A stretch of DNA of 64,000 nucleotides, from contig JAOPTT010000006.1 of assembly GCA_051531975.1 (NCBI GenBank), positions 320,656 through 384,655 of the forward strand, given 5' to 3'. The notes beneath the pieces were generated by a model. It was not told the DNA's origin. It ran no database searches and worked only from the letters and a program-made list of their open reading frames with translations. Numbering within the stretch: the stretch's first letter is position 1; each line of letters begins with the position of its first letter. This DNA is from Spirochaetaceae bacterium. GTDB taxonomy: Bacteria; Spirochaetota; Spirochaetia; DSM-2461. This document shows positions 32,238 through 44,656 of this stretch, piece by piece. The position numbers and the translations under genes were made by a program.

Positions 32238-32266
32238 AAGGAAGATCTTATGATCTTCCTTTTTTT
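32238..32266 (+). terminator. Intrinsic terminator of the csp gene
   Basis: aaggaagatc-ttat-gatcttcctt followed by a T-run. Confidence 0.9.
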
Positions 32267-32273
32267 ATTTATA

Positions 32274-32416
32274 ACCTTCCCGACAAAAGGAGGGAAGGTA
32301 CCATCCGACCACAGGAGGAAATGTCCCCTTATAGACAAAAGGAGGAAATGTTCCTTCTATAGACAAAAGGAGGAAATGTTCCTTCTATAGACAAAAGGAG
32401 GAAATGTTCCTTCTAT
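32274..32416. repeat. Tandem repeat: three exact 28-bp copies plus two degenerate copies
   Basis: agacaaaaggaggaaatgttccttctat at 32333-32360, 32361-32388 and 32389-32416; degenerate units gacaaaaggagggaaggt and gaccacaggaggaaatgt upstream. Confidence 0.95.
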
Positions 32417-32691
32417 TTACGTTTACTTTTTAATATGGCAATTTTATTAAAAGTTTCTCTTATATTCACATCATCAATTTTATTTCTATCTGTGAGATCT
32501 TGAAGATCATCTATATATTTATCTTCTAAATTATACATATCGACTTCTAGTTGACCCGACTCTAAATGTTTTGTTAAACCATCTTGGTCATTTTGGTAAT
32601 CCAATAATGAAAAGGCTAAATTATTACAAAGATACCATCTGACATCATTTGATTCTATTGAGTATTCTTCCATAAGTTGTTTTATATTCAT
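32413..32691 (-). CDS. Hypothetical protein (92 aa)
   Basis: Start reassigned to ATG 32691, 6 nt after TATAAT. Confidence 0.7.
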   Translation of the reverse strand: MNIKQLMEEYSIESNDVRWYLCNNLAFSLLDYQNDQDGLTKHLESGQLEVDMYNLEDKYIDDLQDLTDRNKIDDVNIRETFNKIAILKSKRK

Positions 32692-32760
32692 GGTTGTATT
32701 ATACACATATTTTTTTTAATTTCTATTGCTATAAACAATGCATCAGGTTAAAGTTTAATC

Positions 32761-33321
32761 ATGAATATTATTAACAATTATAAAGATTTATATACTAATA
32801 AACAATCACTGCTTATATTTGATTTAGAGACAACTGGTTTAAGTCCTATAAACGATAGGATCATAGAAATTGGTGCAATAAGAGTTGAGAATAATAAAGT
32901 TACTCAAAGTTTATCTATTTTAGTTAATCCCGGTATTCCAGTTCCTTATTATTCTACAAAAGTTAATGGTATAACTGATGATATGTTAGATGGTGCTATT
33001 ACTGATACTGAAGGTGTAGAAAAGTTTTTAGAGATGACAAAAAATTGTTATATTGTTGCTCATAATGTATCATTTGATGTTGGTTTTATTAATTCCTATC
33101 TTATTAGAATGGGGAAAAAAGAGCTAACTAATAAACTCGTAGATACTGTGAGACTCGCTAGAAAAGCATTTCCTGGAAGAAAAAAATATTCTCTTGGGAT
33201 AATTGCAAATGATCTAGGTATAAAAGTCTTAGATGCACATAGAGCTGAGGATGATACTAGGGTTTGTTACGAGTTATATAAAAAATCAATGGATCAACTT
33301 ATACATACGGAGAATAATTAA
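32761..33321 (+). CDS. DEDDh 3'-5' exonuclease (DnaQ/PolC-exonuclease-like)
   Basis: FDLETTG, VAHNVSFD, HRAEDD. Confidence 0.9.
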   Translation: MNIINNYKDLYTNKQSLLIFDLETTGLSPINDRIIEIGAIRVENNKVTQSLSILVNPGIPVPYYSTKVNGITDDMLDGAITDTEGVEKFLEMTKNCYIVAHNVSFDVGFINSYLIRMGKKELTNKLVDTVRLARKAFPGRKKYSLGIIANDLGIKVLDAHRAEDDTRVCYELYKKSMDQLIHTENN

Positions 33322-33764
33322 TGGCAATAACAATATATACTGATGGTGGCTGTACTGGTAATCCTGGTCCTGGTGGCTGGGGAAGTGTAATCATAATTGA
33401 TGGTAAAGAAATAGAGCTTTCTGGTGGAGCTTCAGAAACTACAAATAATAAAATGGAGCTTACAGCTGTCATAAAAGCATTAGAATATATTGGTAAAGAG
33501 TTTTCATTTAAAGAAGAATTAAGTATCTATACTGATTCTCAGTATGTGAAAAATGGAATTACTAGCTGGATAATTAATTGGGAAAAAAATGGATGGAAAA
33601 CTGCAGCTAAAAAACCTGTTAAAAATAAAGAGTTTTGGATTGAACTCAGAACTTTAACTAAGCTTGCGAATATAAAATGGTTTTGGGTAAAAGGTCACTC
33701 AGGTGATAAGTATAATGAGCTATGTGATGAATTAGTTGCAATAGAAAGAGCAAAATATAATTAA
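33321..33764 (+). CDS. rnhA: Ribonuclease HI
   Basis: YTDGGCTGNPGPGGWG, TTNNKMEL, TDSQYV, WVKGHSG. Confidence 0.96.
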   Translation: MAITIYTDGGCTGNPGPGGWGSVIIIDGKEIELSGGASETTNNKMELTAVIKALEYIGKEFSFKEELSIYTDSQYVKNGITSWIINWEKNGWKTAAKKPVKNKEFWIELRTLTKLANIKWFWVKGHSGDKYNELCDELVAIERAKYN

Positions 33765-33814
33765 TTTATAAAATTAAAATAAATATACTATAATTATTAC
33801 GATGAGGTTAAAGA

Positions 33815-35152
33815 ATGGCAAATAAATATATTTCTTTAAAAGCACTAGATTCTCTGGATACAGAAGTTCTAAATATAATTGTTTCTGAACCCTGTAGGAT
33901 TCTCTGTAAAAATTTTGATACAGAGCAGCATGAAGCACAATCTCTTAATCTTATGCATAAAAAGAAACCTTTTTTTTGGAGAAATAAAGAATCAAAATGG
34001 AATTATTATATACTTGAATCAGATCTAGATAAATATCTAACAGGTCAGGATTTAGATGATGCTAAAGAAGCTTTTCAAGGCTTTAATGATGACTATTATG
34101 AAATGGTTAAAATGTCTGATGAGAAGCGTATAGAATCGTTACAAACAAATAAGTCTAAATTAAAAGAATTAGAACTTCTTAGAGAAAAAGATAATGAGGT
34201 TTTGGGTGAAGCATTAGTTCATGGAACAACTGATACACTGATGTTAAATAAAGCCATTTTTGATGATTTAATGCATTTAACCCCAGAAAAGGCAAAAATA
34301 AAATCTAAACTTGCTGTTGATGAAACTTCTGAAATCGTAAAAATTGCTTCAAATCTATTATCTGATTATGCTGGAGATTTTTCAATATTTTCTAAAATTA
34401 TTGAAGAATCAAATGGAAGTACTGTTAAACATATGACCAGAGTTTTTGTAATGACACTATCTTTTTTTAAATATTATAACAATATAATAAATTCTGGATA
34501 TGCTTCTAAAATAAGAGCTTCTTTTAAAGAAAAATATCGGCCCAAGTATGAAACTCTTTTACCTAATGTAAATTATAATTTAGTAACATTAGAGAAAGTT
34601 TTTAAAGGTGGAATGCGTGCTATACCTGAGTTAGAAACAAATGCCATTGGTGTAGGTTTTTTACTTCATGATATTGGTAAACAAGTTGACCTAGAATATT
34701 TTGAAGGTTCCGAAGGATATGTTAAGGAGAGGATTCAAGCTCATGTTTCAAATGGTTTTAATGAACTTTTAAAACGAACTGTTTATCCTCCAGTTGTTTC
34801 CGCTGTTGCAGGATTTCATCATGAATATTATGGTCATAAATCTGGATATGGGCCATTAAGAGATTTTATATCAAAAAGGTTTCCTAACGGTATCGAGCCT
34901 GAGCATTGTATCTCATATTCACTTCATGAAGTTTATAATGGTGAAGCCATGTGTTTTTTTCCAGCAAAAATGTTAGAACTTGTTGATGTCTACGATGCAC
35001 TAACAGATCCTGGAAGAAAATATCGTGATCCATGTAAACCACCTGAAGCTATTAAATTTATACGAGAACATTTTTTAAAAGATGAAATCAAACTAGATCC
35101 AATCTTATTTGATATTTTTGAACTTTATTTAAAAGATGCTGGTGAAGTATAA
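33815..35152 (+). CDS. HD-GYP-like metal-dependent phosphohydrolase
   Basis: LLHDIGK, HHEYY..SGYGP, VDVYDALTDPGRKYR. Confidence 0.8.
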   Translation: MANKYISLKALDSLDTEVLNIIVSEPCRILCKNFDTEQHEAQSLNLMHKKKPFFWRNKESKWNYYILESDLDKYLTGQDLDDAKEAFQGFNDDYYEMVKMSDEKRIESLQTNKSKLKELELLREKDNEVLGEALVHGTTDTLMLNKAIFDDLMHLTPEKAKIKSKLAVDETSEIVKIASNLLSDYAGDFSIFSKIIEESNGSTVKHMTRVFVMTLSFFKYYNNIINSGYASKIRASFKEKYRPKYETLLPNVNYNLVTLEKVFKGGMRAIPELETNAIGVGFLLHDIGKQVDLEYFEGSEGYVKERIQAHVSNGFNELLKRTVYPPVVSAVAGFHHEYYGHKSGYGPLRDFISKRFPNGIEPEHCISYSLHEVYNGEAMCFFPAKMLELVDVYDALTDPGRKYRDPCKPPEAIKFIREHFLKDEIKLDPILFDIFELYLKDAGEV

Positions 35153-35602
35153 TTGCGAATTTGGATTGATGCTGATTCTTGTCCCATAAAAATACGTGAC
35201 ATTATTTCTAAAGCTGCAATGAGATTAGGTGTAGAAGCCATATATGTTGCAAATAGAGAAATACCTGTAATGGAACATGATTTTATTAAAAAAGTTATAA
35301 CTCCTCAGATTGATCAAAGTGCTGACATATATATTGTTGATAATATAGATAAAAACGATATTGTTATTACAAGGGATATTCCATTAGCTAACGATCTAGT
35401 TGATAGTGGTTTAGTTGTTTTAAATGATCGTGGAGTAATTTACACCATTGAAAATATAAAAGAGAGATTGTCTGTCCGTGATTTTATGCAAGAAGCTAGA
35501 GAGCTTGGAATTGGGTTTGAGAAAACAACACGTTTTGGTCCAAAGGATATCCAAAACTTTGCAAATGCTTTTGATAAAGTTCTTAGAAATAAACTTAAAT
35601 AA
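35153..35602 (+). CDS. yaiI: YaiI/YqxD (UPF0178) family protein
   Basis: IWIDADSCP, VITRDIPLA, LSVRDFM. Confidence 0.9.
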   Translation: MRIWIDADSCPIKIRDIISKAAMRLGVEAIYVANREIPVMEHDFIKKVITPQIDQSADIYIVDNIDKNDIVITRDIPLANDLVDSGLVVLNDRGVIYTIENIKERLSVRDFMQEARELGIGFEKTTRFGPKDIQNFANAFDKVLRNKLK

Positions 35603-35690
35603 TTTTTTTCAACTTTTAACTGCTTCCGATAATATATATTCTGTCTACTTGGGATTTGCTCTAAATATGATAGAACGAGTTTAAAGCAAA

Positions 35691-37049
35691 TTATAACTCT
35701 TCTATTGCAGATAAAGCATGTTTTTTTACATTCTTATTTTTATCTGTATCATATAGAGCTTGTATTTGCTCTTTATGTTCTGAATAGTTATTAAGTCGAA
35801 TACCCTGTATTGCATATATTTTATAAATATAATTTTCATGATCTAACATTTTTTTATATAAATCAGTAGCATATTTATATTCACGTTTAGAAAGAAACTT
35901 TAATGTCGCATCTAAAATTGGCTTTCTTTTTTCTTTATTTTTTTCATTATAAAATTCTTCAATAGTTGGAAAAATCCAATCAACATTATGCTCAATCAAT
36001 TTATCTATAGCTATTACTTTTTCTATATCTTTATAGGATTTCTCTGTATATACTTCTTTTAAAAATTCACGACACTCATTACTATTAATATCGCCAATTG
36101 TAATAAAAGCTTGTTTCTTAATTTTTTGCTCAGGATCATTTAATGCTTTATATTTTAATATATGAAAAGCTTTTACTACTTTTCTTTCAGCTAATGATTT
36201 GCAAGCAGCAAATCTAATTTGCCAATTATTATCTTTAAGTGATGTTATTAATATATCATCCATTTCTGGACCAGCAAATTTACCTAATGCCTCTAATGCA
36301 CTTTTTCTCAGTAAGTAATTTTTTTGATCACCTAGACATCTTTTTAAAACTGGAATAGCTTCTGGGTCAGCTATTTCTCCTAAACTAAAACAGACTGCAT
36401 TCCTCACAGTTGTTTCTTCGTCTGTATCATCTGCTATTGGAATTAATTGTTCTAAAGCTTTAGAAGACTTTATTTTACCTAATGTTTTAATAACTTCTAA
36501 ATAAATATTATCATCAGTGCCATCATCGTCTAACATTTCTAAAAGCTTATCTTCTAATTTAATTAATTTATTTTCACCAATTAATTTAAGAGCTGCAACT
36601 AATATAGTACTACTCTCATTCTCTAAAATATCTGGAACACGTTTTATAGCTTCTTTTGATTTTATTTTACTTAAATATTTAATAGCTGTAGATGCATATA
36701 AATTGTCATATTCATCTTCATATTCGATTGCATCGTAAATTTTGATTGTATCAGATTCACCGTTTGGAATATCCATCAGTATGAAGTACTCTAATATTGA
36801 TACTTTTATAGACTCATCAAATGCATTTTCTAACACCTCTGTTAATTCATCATCATAACCTGATATTTCATCTTTAGTTAAAGTTGCAATTAATTCTTTA
36901 ACTTCAGAATCAATTCCATACTTTAGAGTATCACTTCTCTCATTATCAATAGATTTAATTTTTTCTTTATCATTAGTTTTATCATCAACGGTTGCTGAAA
37001 ATATATTCATTCCAATTAAACATAAAATTAAGAGAAGTAACTTTCTCAT
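35691..37049 (-). CDS. Exported HEAT-repeat protein
   Basis: Signal peptide; repeated VR.A...LG.I.D..AIP.L units. Confidence 0.85.
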   Translation of the reverse strand: MRKLLLLILCLIGMNIFSATVDDKTNDKEKIKSIDNERSDTLKYGIDSEVKELIATLTKDEISGYDDELTEVLENAFDESIKVSILEYFILMDIPNGESDTIKIYDAIEYEDEYDNLYASTAIKYLSKIKSKEAIKRVPDILENESSTILVAALKLIGENKLIKLEDKLLEMLDDDGTDDNIYLEVIKTLGKIKSSKALEQLIPIADDTDEETTVRNAVCFSLGEIADPEAIPVLKRCLGDQKNYLLRKSALEALGKFAGPEMDDILITSLKDNNWQIRFAACKSLAERKVVKAFHILKYKALNDPEQKIKKQAFITIGDINSNECREFLKEVYTEKSYKDIEKVIAIDKLIEHNVDWIFPTIEEFYNEKNKEKRKPILDATLKFLSKREYKYATDLYKKMLDHENYIYKIYAIQGIRLNNYSEHKEQIQALYDTDKNKNVKKHALSAIEEL

Positions 37050-39260
<2,211 letters not shown>

Positions 39261-39264
<4 letters not shown>

Positions 39265-40526
39265 TTTTTAAACCTTATAGGTATAATAATAGCTGTAATA
39301 GCTAATACAAAAATATTTGGTATAGCAATGATTAATAGAGTGTATTCTATCGCTTTATAGGCATAAATTTTTGTACCCATTAATAGTGACCAGTAGACTA
39401 TAGTGATAAATAAACCAATACCAAATCCCATCATACGACCACTTCTTTTTGTGGTTAAACCTAGTGGGAATGCTAATAATAAAAAACTAAAACATGACAT
39501 TGGAATTAGTATTTTTTGATATAACGCAATTTGCCAACTTAATAATTCTCTTGTTTTTGATCTAGGATTTGTTTTTCTATTATAATCCTTAATTAACCTG
39601 TTTAATTTATTTAAATTATTCTGAGATATATTATTAGATATTTGTGTATAATATTCTTGTTTTATCTGGTGGTAAATTATAATTGCATCATTTTTATCAA
39701 TATTTTGCTTTGATAAAAGATCTGTTTTTATTCTATATATACCTTTAAGAATATCTATGCTACGCATTTCATCAGGTGTTATAGAATTATTTGTTGTTTG
39801 TAAGTCATCAAACAGTATATTGTATTTCATTGTATCACTTGTAAAAAATTCAAAATCATCTTTATTTGAATCATCAGCTGATAATGAGAAAACATTTTTA
39901 AGAGACAGTGTTAATAATCCTGTTTGCAACTCACCATCAAAAATATTTGCTTTTTCAGACATAATTATACGATTTAAACCATCTTCATTTCGATCTATAA
40001 TTACAATATCTTCAATTCCTGTATCAGGATTAACATCTCCATTTATAATGACTCGATCTTTATATATTTTTGTGGAAAATGGTTTTAATATTAAATCAGG
40101 ATTACGTTGTATTAATTCTCTTCGTAATTTTTTTGATTTTGAATTTCCAAGAGGTTGTAAATAGTCATTTATTACAAAAGATGTTAAAGATAAAAATATG
40201 CCAATAATTATAATAGGAATATATATTTGAAAATATGACATTCCTGAAGATAAACATGCTAGAATTTCATTATCAAATGAAAGCTTACCGATTGCCATTA
40301 AAGCTCCTACTAAAACACCAAATGGAAAAGAGAGAGCAATTACTATTGGAAGTGAATACCATACAATTTTTAAAACATCTATAAATGGCATTTCTTTTAG
40401 CATTTTAGCCATTATAAATAGAATTTGATTTACAAAAAACACAAAGAAAAAGAATAGGAAACTTATTAAAAATGAGAATAATATCTCTTTTATTAAATAT
40501 CTACTAATTATAGAGTTTTTAATCAT
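39261..40526 (-). CDS. lptF: LptF/LptG family permease
   Basis: KLSFDNEILACLSSG, FPLG...RSG, IPN. Confidence 0.82.
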
Positions 40527-41560
40527 TTTAAGTTATTAGTCTCCTGTATAATTAACCCTTTTTTTATATTACCTGTTATTAAATAATTTTCAAATGAAGC
40601 TGTTGAAGTTACATTGTTTGTTATTAATATAGATTCTATTGTTTCAAAATATATTTTGTTATTCACTTCGATATTAACTCCAAAACCTATAAATGAAACG
40701 ACTGAAATATTTTTATCTAAGAATATAAATGATACACCTTCTTTAGGGTAAAGTCTATCAATTGAGTTGTTTTCTATATGCCATTTTATTAATCCTTGAG
40801 TTGCTGTGCCAATCCATAATTGGTTATTTTTGAATGCTAATTTGACTATGTTTTTATTAAAAAGTTGTAGGGGATAAGAAATTCTAGATGTTATTTTTTT
40901 ATTGTTAATTTGGTATTCATATAAACCATTATCCATAGAACCAATATAGAGTAGATCATCTTTTATTAATAGTGATGAAATATAATTAATATTAGGTGGT
41001 AGAGCATTAAAAATATCGCGATTTATATTATATTCCCATAAACCATAACCTAAAGTAGATATGATGATTTTACTGTTTTTTATTACCATATCTGAAGTTC
41101 TTTCAATATCTGGTGGTAATTGTATAATTTTAATAAAATCATCAGATTTTCTTATTTTAATAACTCTATTTGTTTGTAAAACAAAAATATCTGTTTTAGT
41201 AGTAAGTATTTTTTTAATTGAAAAATCTATAATAGTATAATTATCTTCTAAAAAACTAGTTGTTTCCCCTGTGTACATATTGTAACGAAGAAGGGCTCCA
41301 CCTAACTTGCCTATCCATAAATCACTTTTATCTAATGTTATAGTTGAAATTGAACCTTGTGTAACATTTATTATATTATTATCAGTAATTAATTCTATAT
41401 TTTTATTATCAACTTTAGAATCTATTACAACTTCAATCTTATTGTTTATTGGAATCTCAATATAGTATGGGAGTATTGATGTATTATTATTTACAGTTGT
41501 ACATGATAATACAACTGATGTAAGAAGTAGATAACTAAATGCCCGTCGAACCAAATCCAC
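40523..41560 (-). CDS. Beta-propeller lipoprotein
   Basis: Lipobox VLSC; repeated LWIG/LYIG..GL blades. Confidence 0.7.
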   Translation of the reverse strand: MDLVRRAFSYLLLTSVVLSCTTVNNNTSILPYYIEIPINNKIEVVIDSKVDNKNIELITDNNIINVTQGSISTITLDKSDLWIGKLGGALLRYNMYTGETTSFLEDNYTIIDFSIKKILTTKTDIFVLQTNRVIKIRKSDDFIKIIQLPPDIERTSDMVIKNSKIIISTLGYGLWEYNINRDIFNALPPNINYISSLLIKDDLLYIGSMDNGLYEYQINNKKITSRISYPLQLFNKNIVKLAFKNNQLWIGTATQGLIKWHIENNSIDRLYPKEGVSFIFLDKNISVVSFIGFGVNIEVNNKIYFETIESILITNNVTSTASFENYLITGNIKKGLIIQETNNLK

Positions 41561-41963
41561 CTTGGCCTCTATCTGTAACTTTTAATTTTAATTCTTTAAC
41601 AAAATTTCCTCTAATGACTGGAGCAATAATTATCTGTGCAATTCTATCACCATCTTTAATAATAAAATCTTCATCATTTAGATTTATTAAAATAATTCTA
41701 ATCTCACCACGATAATCTGAATCAATTGTACCTGGACTATTTAATACTGTTATACCATATTTTGCAGCTAAACCTGATCGTGGTCTAACTTGTGCTTCAT
41801 ACCCATCAGGAATTTCTAAATATACACCTGTAGGAACAACTACGCGCTGTAATGGTTTTATAATTATATCTTTTTCAATCTCAGCCTTAATGTCAGCACC
41901 TGCAGCATGTTTGGTCTGATATGAAGGTGCATTATGTGTGTATTTAATATCAATCTCTTCCAT
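41535..41963 (-). CDS. dut: dUTPase
   Basis: AAGADI, RPRSGLA, GTIDSDYRGE, RGQGGFGSTG. Confidence 0.96.
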   Translation of the reverse strand: MEEIDIKYTHNAPSYQTKHAAGADIKAEIEKDIIIKPLQRVVVPTGVYLEIPDGYEAQVRPRSGLAAKYGITVLNSPGTIDSDYRGEIRIILINLNDEDFIIKDGDRIAQIIIAPVIRGNFVKELKLKVTDRGQGGFGSTGI

Positions 41964-41978
41964 TTTTTATTCCTACCT

Positions 41979-42005
41979 AAAAAAAAGGCAGCTTTTCAGC
42001 TGCCT
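41979..42005 (-). terminator. Intrinsic terminator after pnp
   Basis: aggcagct-gaaa-agctgcct followed by a T-run on the minus strand. Confidence 0.88.
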
Positions 42006-42012
42006 ATAATAT

Positions 42013-44151
42013 TTATCTTCTTGGTCTATCACCATTTGGTCTTGGTGGTCGACTTGGAGTTCTTTGCGGTTTCCAATCAGGATTATCAGCATCAACAATA
42101 CTTAAGTTTAATCGACCCATTCGGTCAACCTCAATAAGTCTTACTTTAACTTCTTGTCCTTCTTTTAATGCATCAGAAACTTTTTGTACTCTATCTTTTG
42201 CAATTTTAGAGATGTGACAAAGACCTTCTTTACCAGGCAATATTTCGATAAAAGCACCAAAATCTGTTAATCTTGTTACTTTACCAGTATAAATATTTCC
42301 TGCTTCAGGATCTTCAATCATTCCTCTAATATCAGCTTCACATGCTTCTGCTTGGGCAGATGTAGCAGCGAAGATTGATAATAATCCACTTTCTTCAATA
42401 TTTACTTTAGCAGTATACTTTTCAGAAAGACCTTTAATGTTTTTTCCACCAGGTCCAATTATCATACCAATTTTATCAGTTGGTACTTTGAAGCTTATAG
42501 TTTTTGGAACATTTTCAGGAATATTATCAGTTGGTTCTGATATTACAGTGTTCATTCTTTCTAATATATGTTTTCGACCGGCATTTGCTTGATTTAAAGC
42601 AACTGTCATAATCTCTTTACTTATTCCAGAAATTTTAATATCCATTTGGAAAGCTGTAATACCTTTTTCAGTACCTGCAACTTTAAAGTCCATATCACCC
42701 ATGTGATCTTCTTCACCTAGGATATCGGAAAGAACGACAAAGTCATCACCTTCTTTAATAAGACCCATTGCTATACCAGCTACTGGACTCTTAATTGGAA
42801 CTCCTGCAGCTAACATACATAATGAACCACTACATATTGTAGCTTGAGAAGATGAACCATTAGATTCTAAAATCTCAGATACAATTCTAATAGTATATGG
42901 ATAATCTGCTTTTGTAGGTAATACAGGATGTAATGCTCTAAAAGCTAAGTGACCGTGTCCAATTTCTCTTCTACCAGTCATTAGTCTTCCAACTTCACCT
43001 ACTGAATATGGAGGGAAGTTATAATGAAGCATGAATCTTTCTCTATTATCACCATCAATGTTATCTAATATTTGCTCATCTAATGCTGAACCAAGTGTTA
43101 CAACACCTAAAGATTGAGTTTCTCCTCTAGTAAATAGAGCAGAACCGTGAGCTTTAGCTAAAACACCAATTTCAGAAGTAATTGATCTAATTGTATCAGG
43201 CGCTCTTCCATCACATCTTAGTTTCTTATCAATTACTGATTTTCTTAGAATAGTTTTTTCAATGTTGTTAAAAAGCTTACTAAAAAGTGATTTTGTTTCA
43301 TCTGTAATATTATCAGCAAATTTCTCTGCAGCTGCAACTTTTACTTCTTTTAAAGCTGCTAATCGCTCAAACTTACCTTTTACAAAACAAGCTTCTTCGA
43401 TTAAAGGATATAGATGTTTTTCAATTTCATCTGCATTTTCTAACACTAAATCAGACTCGTAGAAACCTAATTTCTCTTTTCCACATGCATCTTGGAACTC
43501 TTGCATAAATACTAAGAATCCTTTTAAGAATTCTTCAGCTTTATCAATAGCTCCTAACATTTGGTCTTCAGAAACTTCGTCTCCACCACCTTCTACCATA
43601 CAGATACCGTCATTAGTTGAACCAACAACGATATCTAATACAGAATCAGCAATCTGTTGAAATGTAGGATTGATAACATATTCTTCACCAAGTAAAGCAA
43701 CTCTAACAGCAGCTACTGGACCATTAAAAGGGATATCAGAAATCATAACTGCTGCAAAAGCACCAATCATACCTAAAATATCTGGAGGATTAATTTTATC
43801 AGTTGATACTACCATTGGTACTACCTGAAGTTCTCTACTAAAAGCTTTATAAAATAGAGGTCTCATTGGTCTATCAATAAGTCTAGATACTAAGATCTCT
43901 TTATCTTTAGGTCTAGCTTCTCTTTTTAAGAATCCACCAGGTATTTTACCAGCAGCATAGTATCTTTCATTATACTCTACTGTTATAGGAACAAAGTCTA
44001 ATCCCAATTTTGGTTCTGAAGAACAACATGCTGTGGCTAATACTTCACTTCCACCCATACGAACGATAACTGCACCGTTCGCTTGTTTTGCCATTCTTCC
44101 AGTTTCAAGAATAAGCTCTTGCCCATTAATTTCAAATTTTGCTGTGTACAT
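42013..44151 (-). CDS. pnp: Polyribonucleotide nucleotidyltransferase
   Basis: RLIDRPMRPLF, RREIGHG, GDMDFKVAGT, KH and S1 domains. Confidence 0.97.
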   Translation of the reverse strand: MYTAKFEINGQELILETGRMAKQANGAVIVRMGGSEVLATACCSSEPKLGLDFVPITVEYNERYYAAGKIPGGFLKREARPKDKEILVSRLIDRPMRPLFYKAFSRELQVVPMVVSTDKINPPDILGMIGAFAAVMISDIPFNGPVAAVRVALLGEEYVINPTFQQIADSVLDIVVGSTNDGICMVEGGGDEVSEDQMLGAIDKAEEFLKGFLVFMQEFQDACGKEKLGFYESDLVLENADEIEKHLYPLIEEACFVKGKFERLAALKEVKVAAAEKFADNITDETKSLFSKLFNNIEKTILRKSVIDKKLRCDGRAPDTIRSITSEIGVLAKAHGSALFTRGETQSLGVVTLGSALDEQILDNIDGDNRERFMLHYNFPPYSVGEVGRLMTGRREIGHGHLAFRALHPVLPTKADYPYTIRIVSEILESNGSSSQATICSGSLCMLAAGVPIKSPVAGIAMGLIKEGDDFVVLSDILGEEDHMGDMDFKVAGTEKGITAFQMDIKISGISKEIMTVALNQANAGRKHILERMNTVISEPTDNIPENVPKTISFKVPTDKIGMIIGPGGKNIKGLSEKYTAKVNIEESGLLSIFAATSAQAEACEADIRGMIEDPEAGNIYTGKVTRLTDFGAFIEILPGKEGLCHISKIAKDRVQKVSDALKEGQEVKVRLIEVDRMGRLNLSIVDADNPDWKPQRTPSRPPRPNGDRPRR

Positions 44152-44168
44152 TTTCAGTCCTTATATTT

Positions 44169-44435
44169 TTATCTTCTTAGACCTAGTTTCGCTATTAATT
44201 CTCTGTACGCTTCTAGGTTTGTTCTTTTTAAGTATTTTTGTAATCTTTTTCTTTGTCCAATCATTTTTAATAAACCAGTTCTTGAATGGTGGTCTTTTTT
44301 GTGATCTGCGAAGTGATTTTGTAAATCCTTAATTCTTGCTGTTAATAAAGCTATTTGAACCTCAGTTGATCCTGTGTTCTTAGCTTCTCCACCGTACTCA
44401 GCGATGATCTGTTGTTTTTGGTCTTTTGTAAGCAT
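44169..44435 (-). CDS. rpsO: 30S ribosomal protein S15
   Basis: [23 protein letters not shown]. Confidence 0.97.
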   Translation of the reverse strand: MLTKDQKQQIIAEYGGEAKNTGSTEVQIALLTARIKDLQNHFADHKKDHHSRTGLLKMIGQRKRLQKYLKRTNLEAYRELIAKLGLRR

Positions 44436-44656
44436 TTTATGCTCCCTTTAAAATTATATTCTGACACTCTTTTATATAAACCGGATAGAGCAAAGTAACA
44501 CCTTCCAATAACCAGTAAGAAAAGAATGTAATTTTTATATTAATCCACTCTATTTTAATTGTATTTAGTTAAAAGTCAATATGTCTGATTATAGATATGC
44601 AAAGGTATTAACAGAGTAACTATAATAGGATATATTATTTTGACAAAGGAGCTTAT

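Noticed and set aside
32274..32416. CRISPR array or type III toxin-antitoxin repeats
   Set aside because: The repeats are contiguous with no unique spacers, there are no cas genes, and no co-oriented toxin gene follows the array; it lies between convergent genes.
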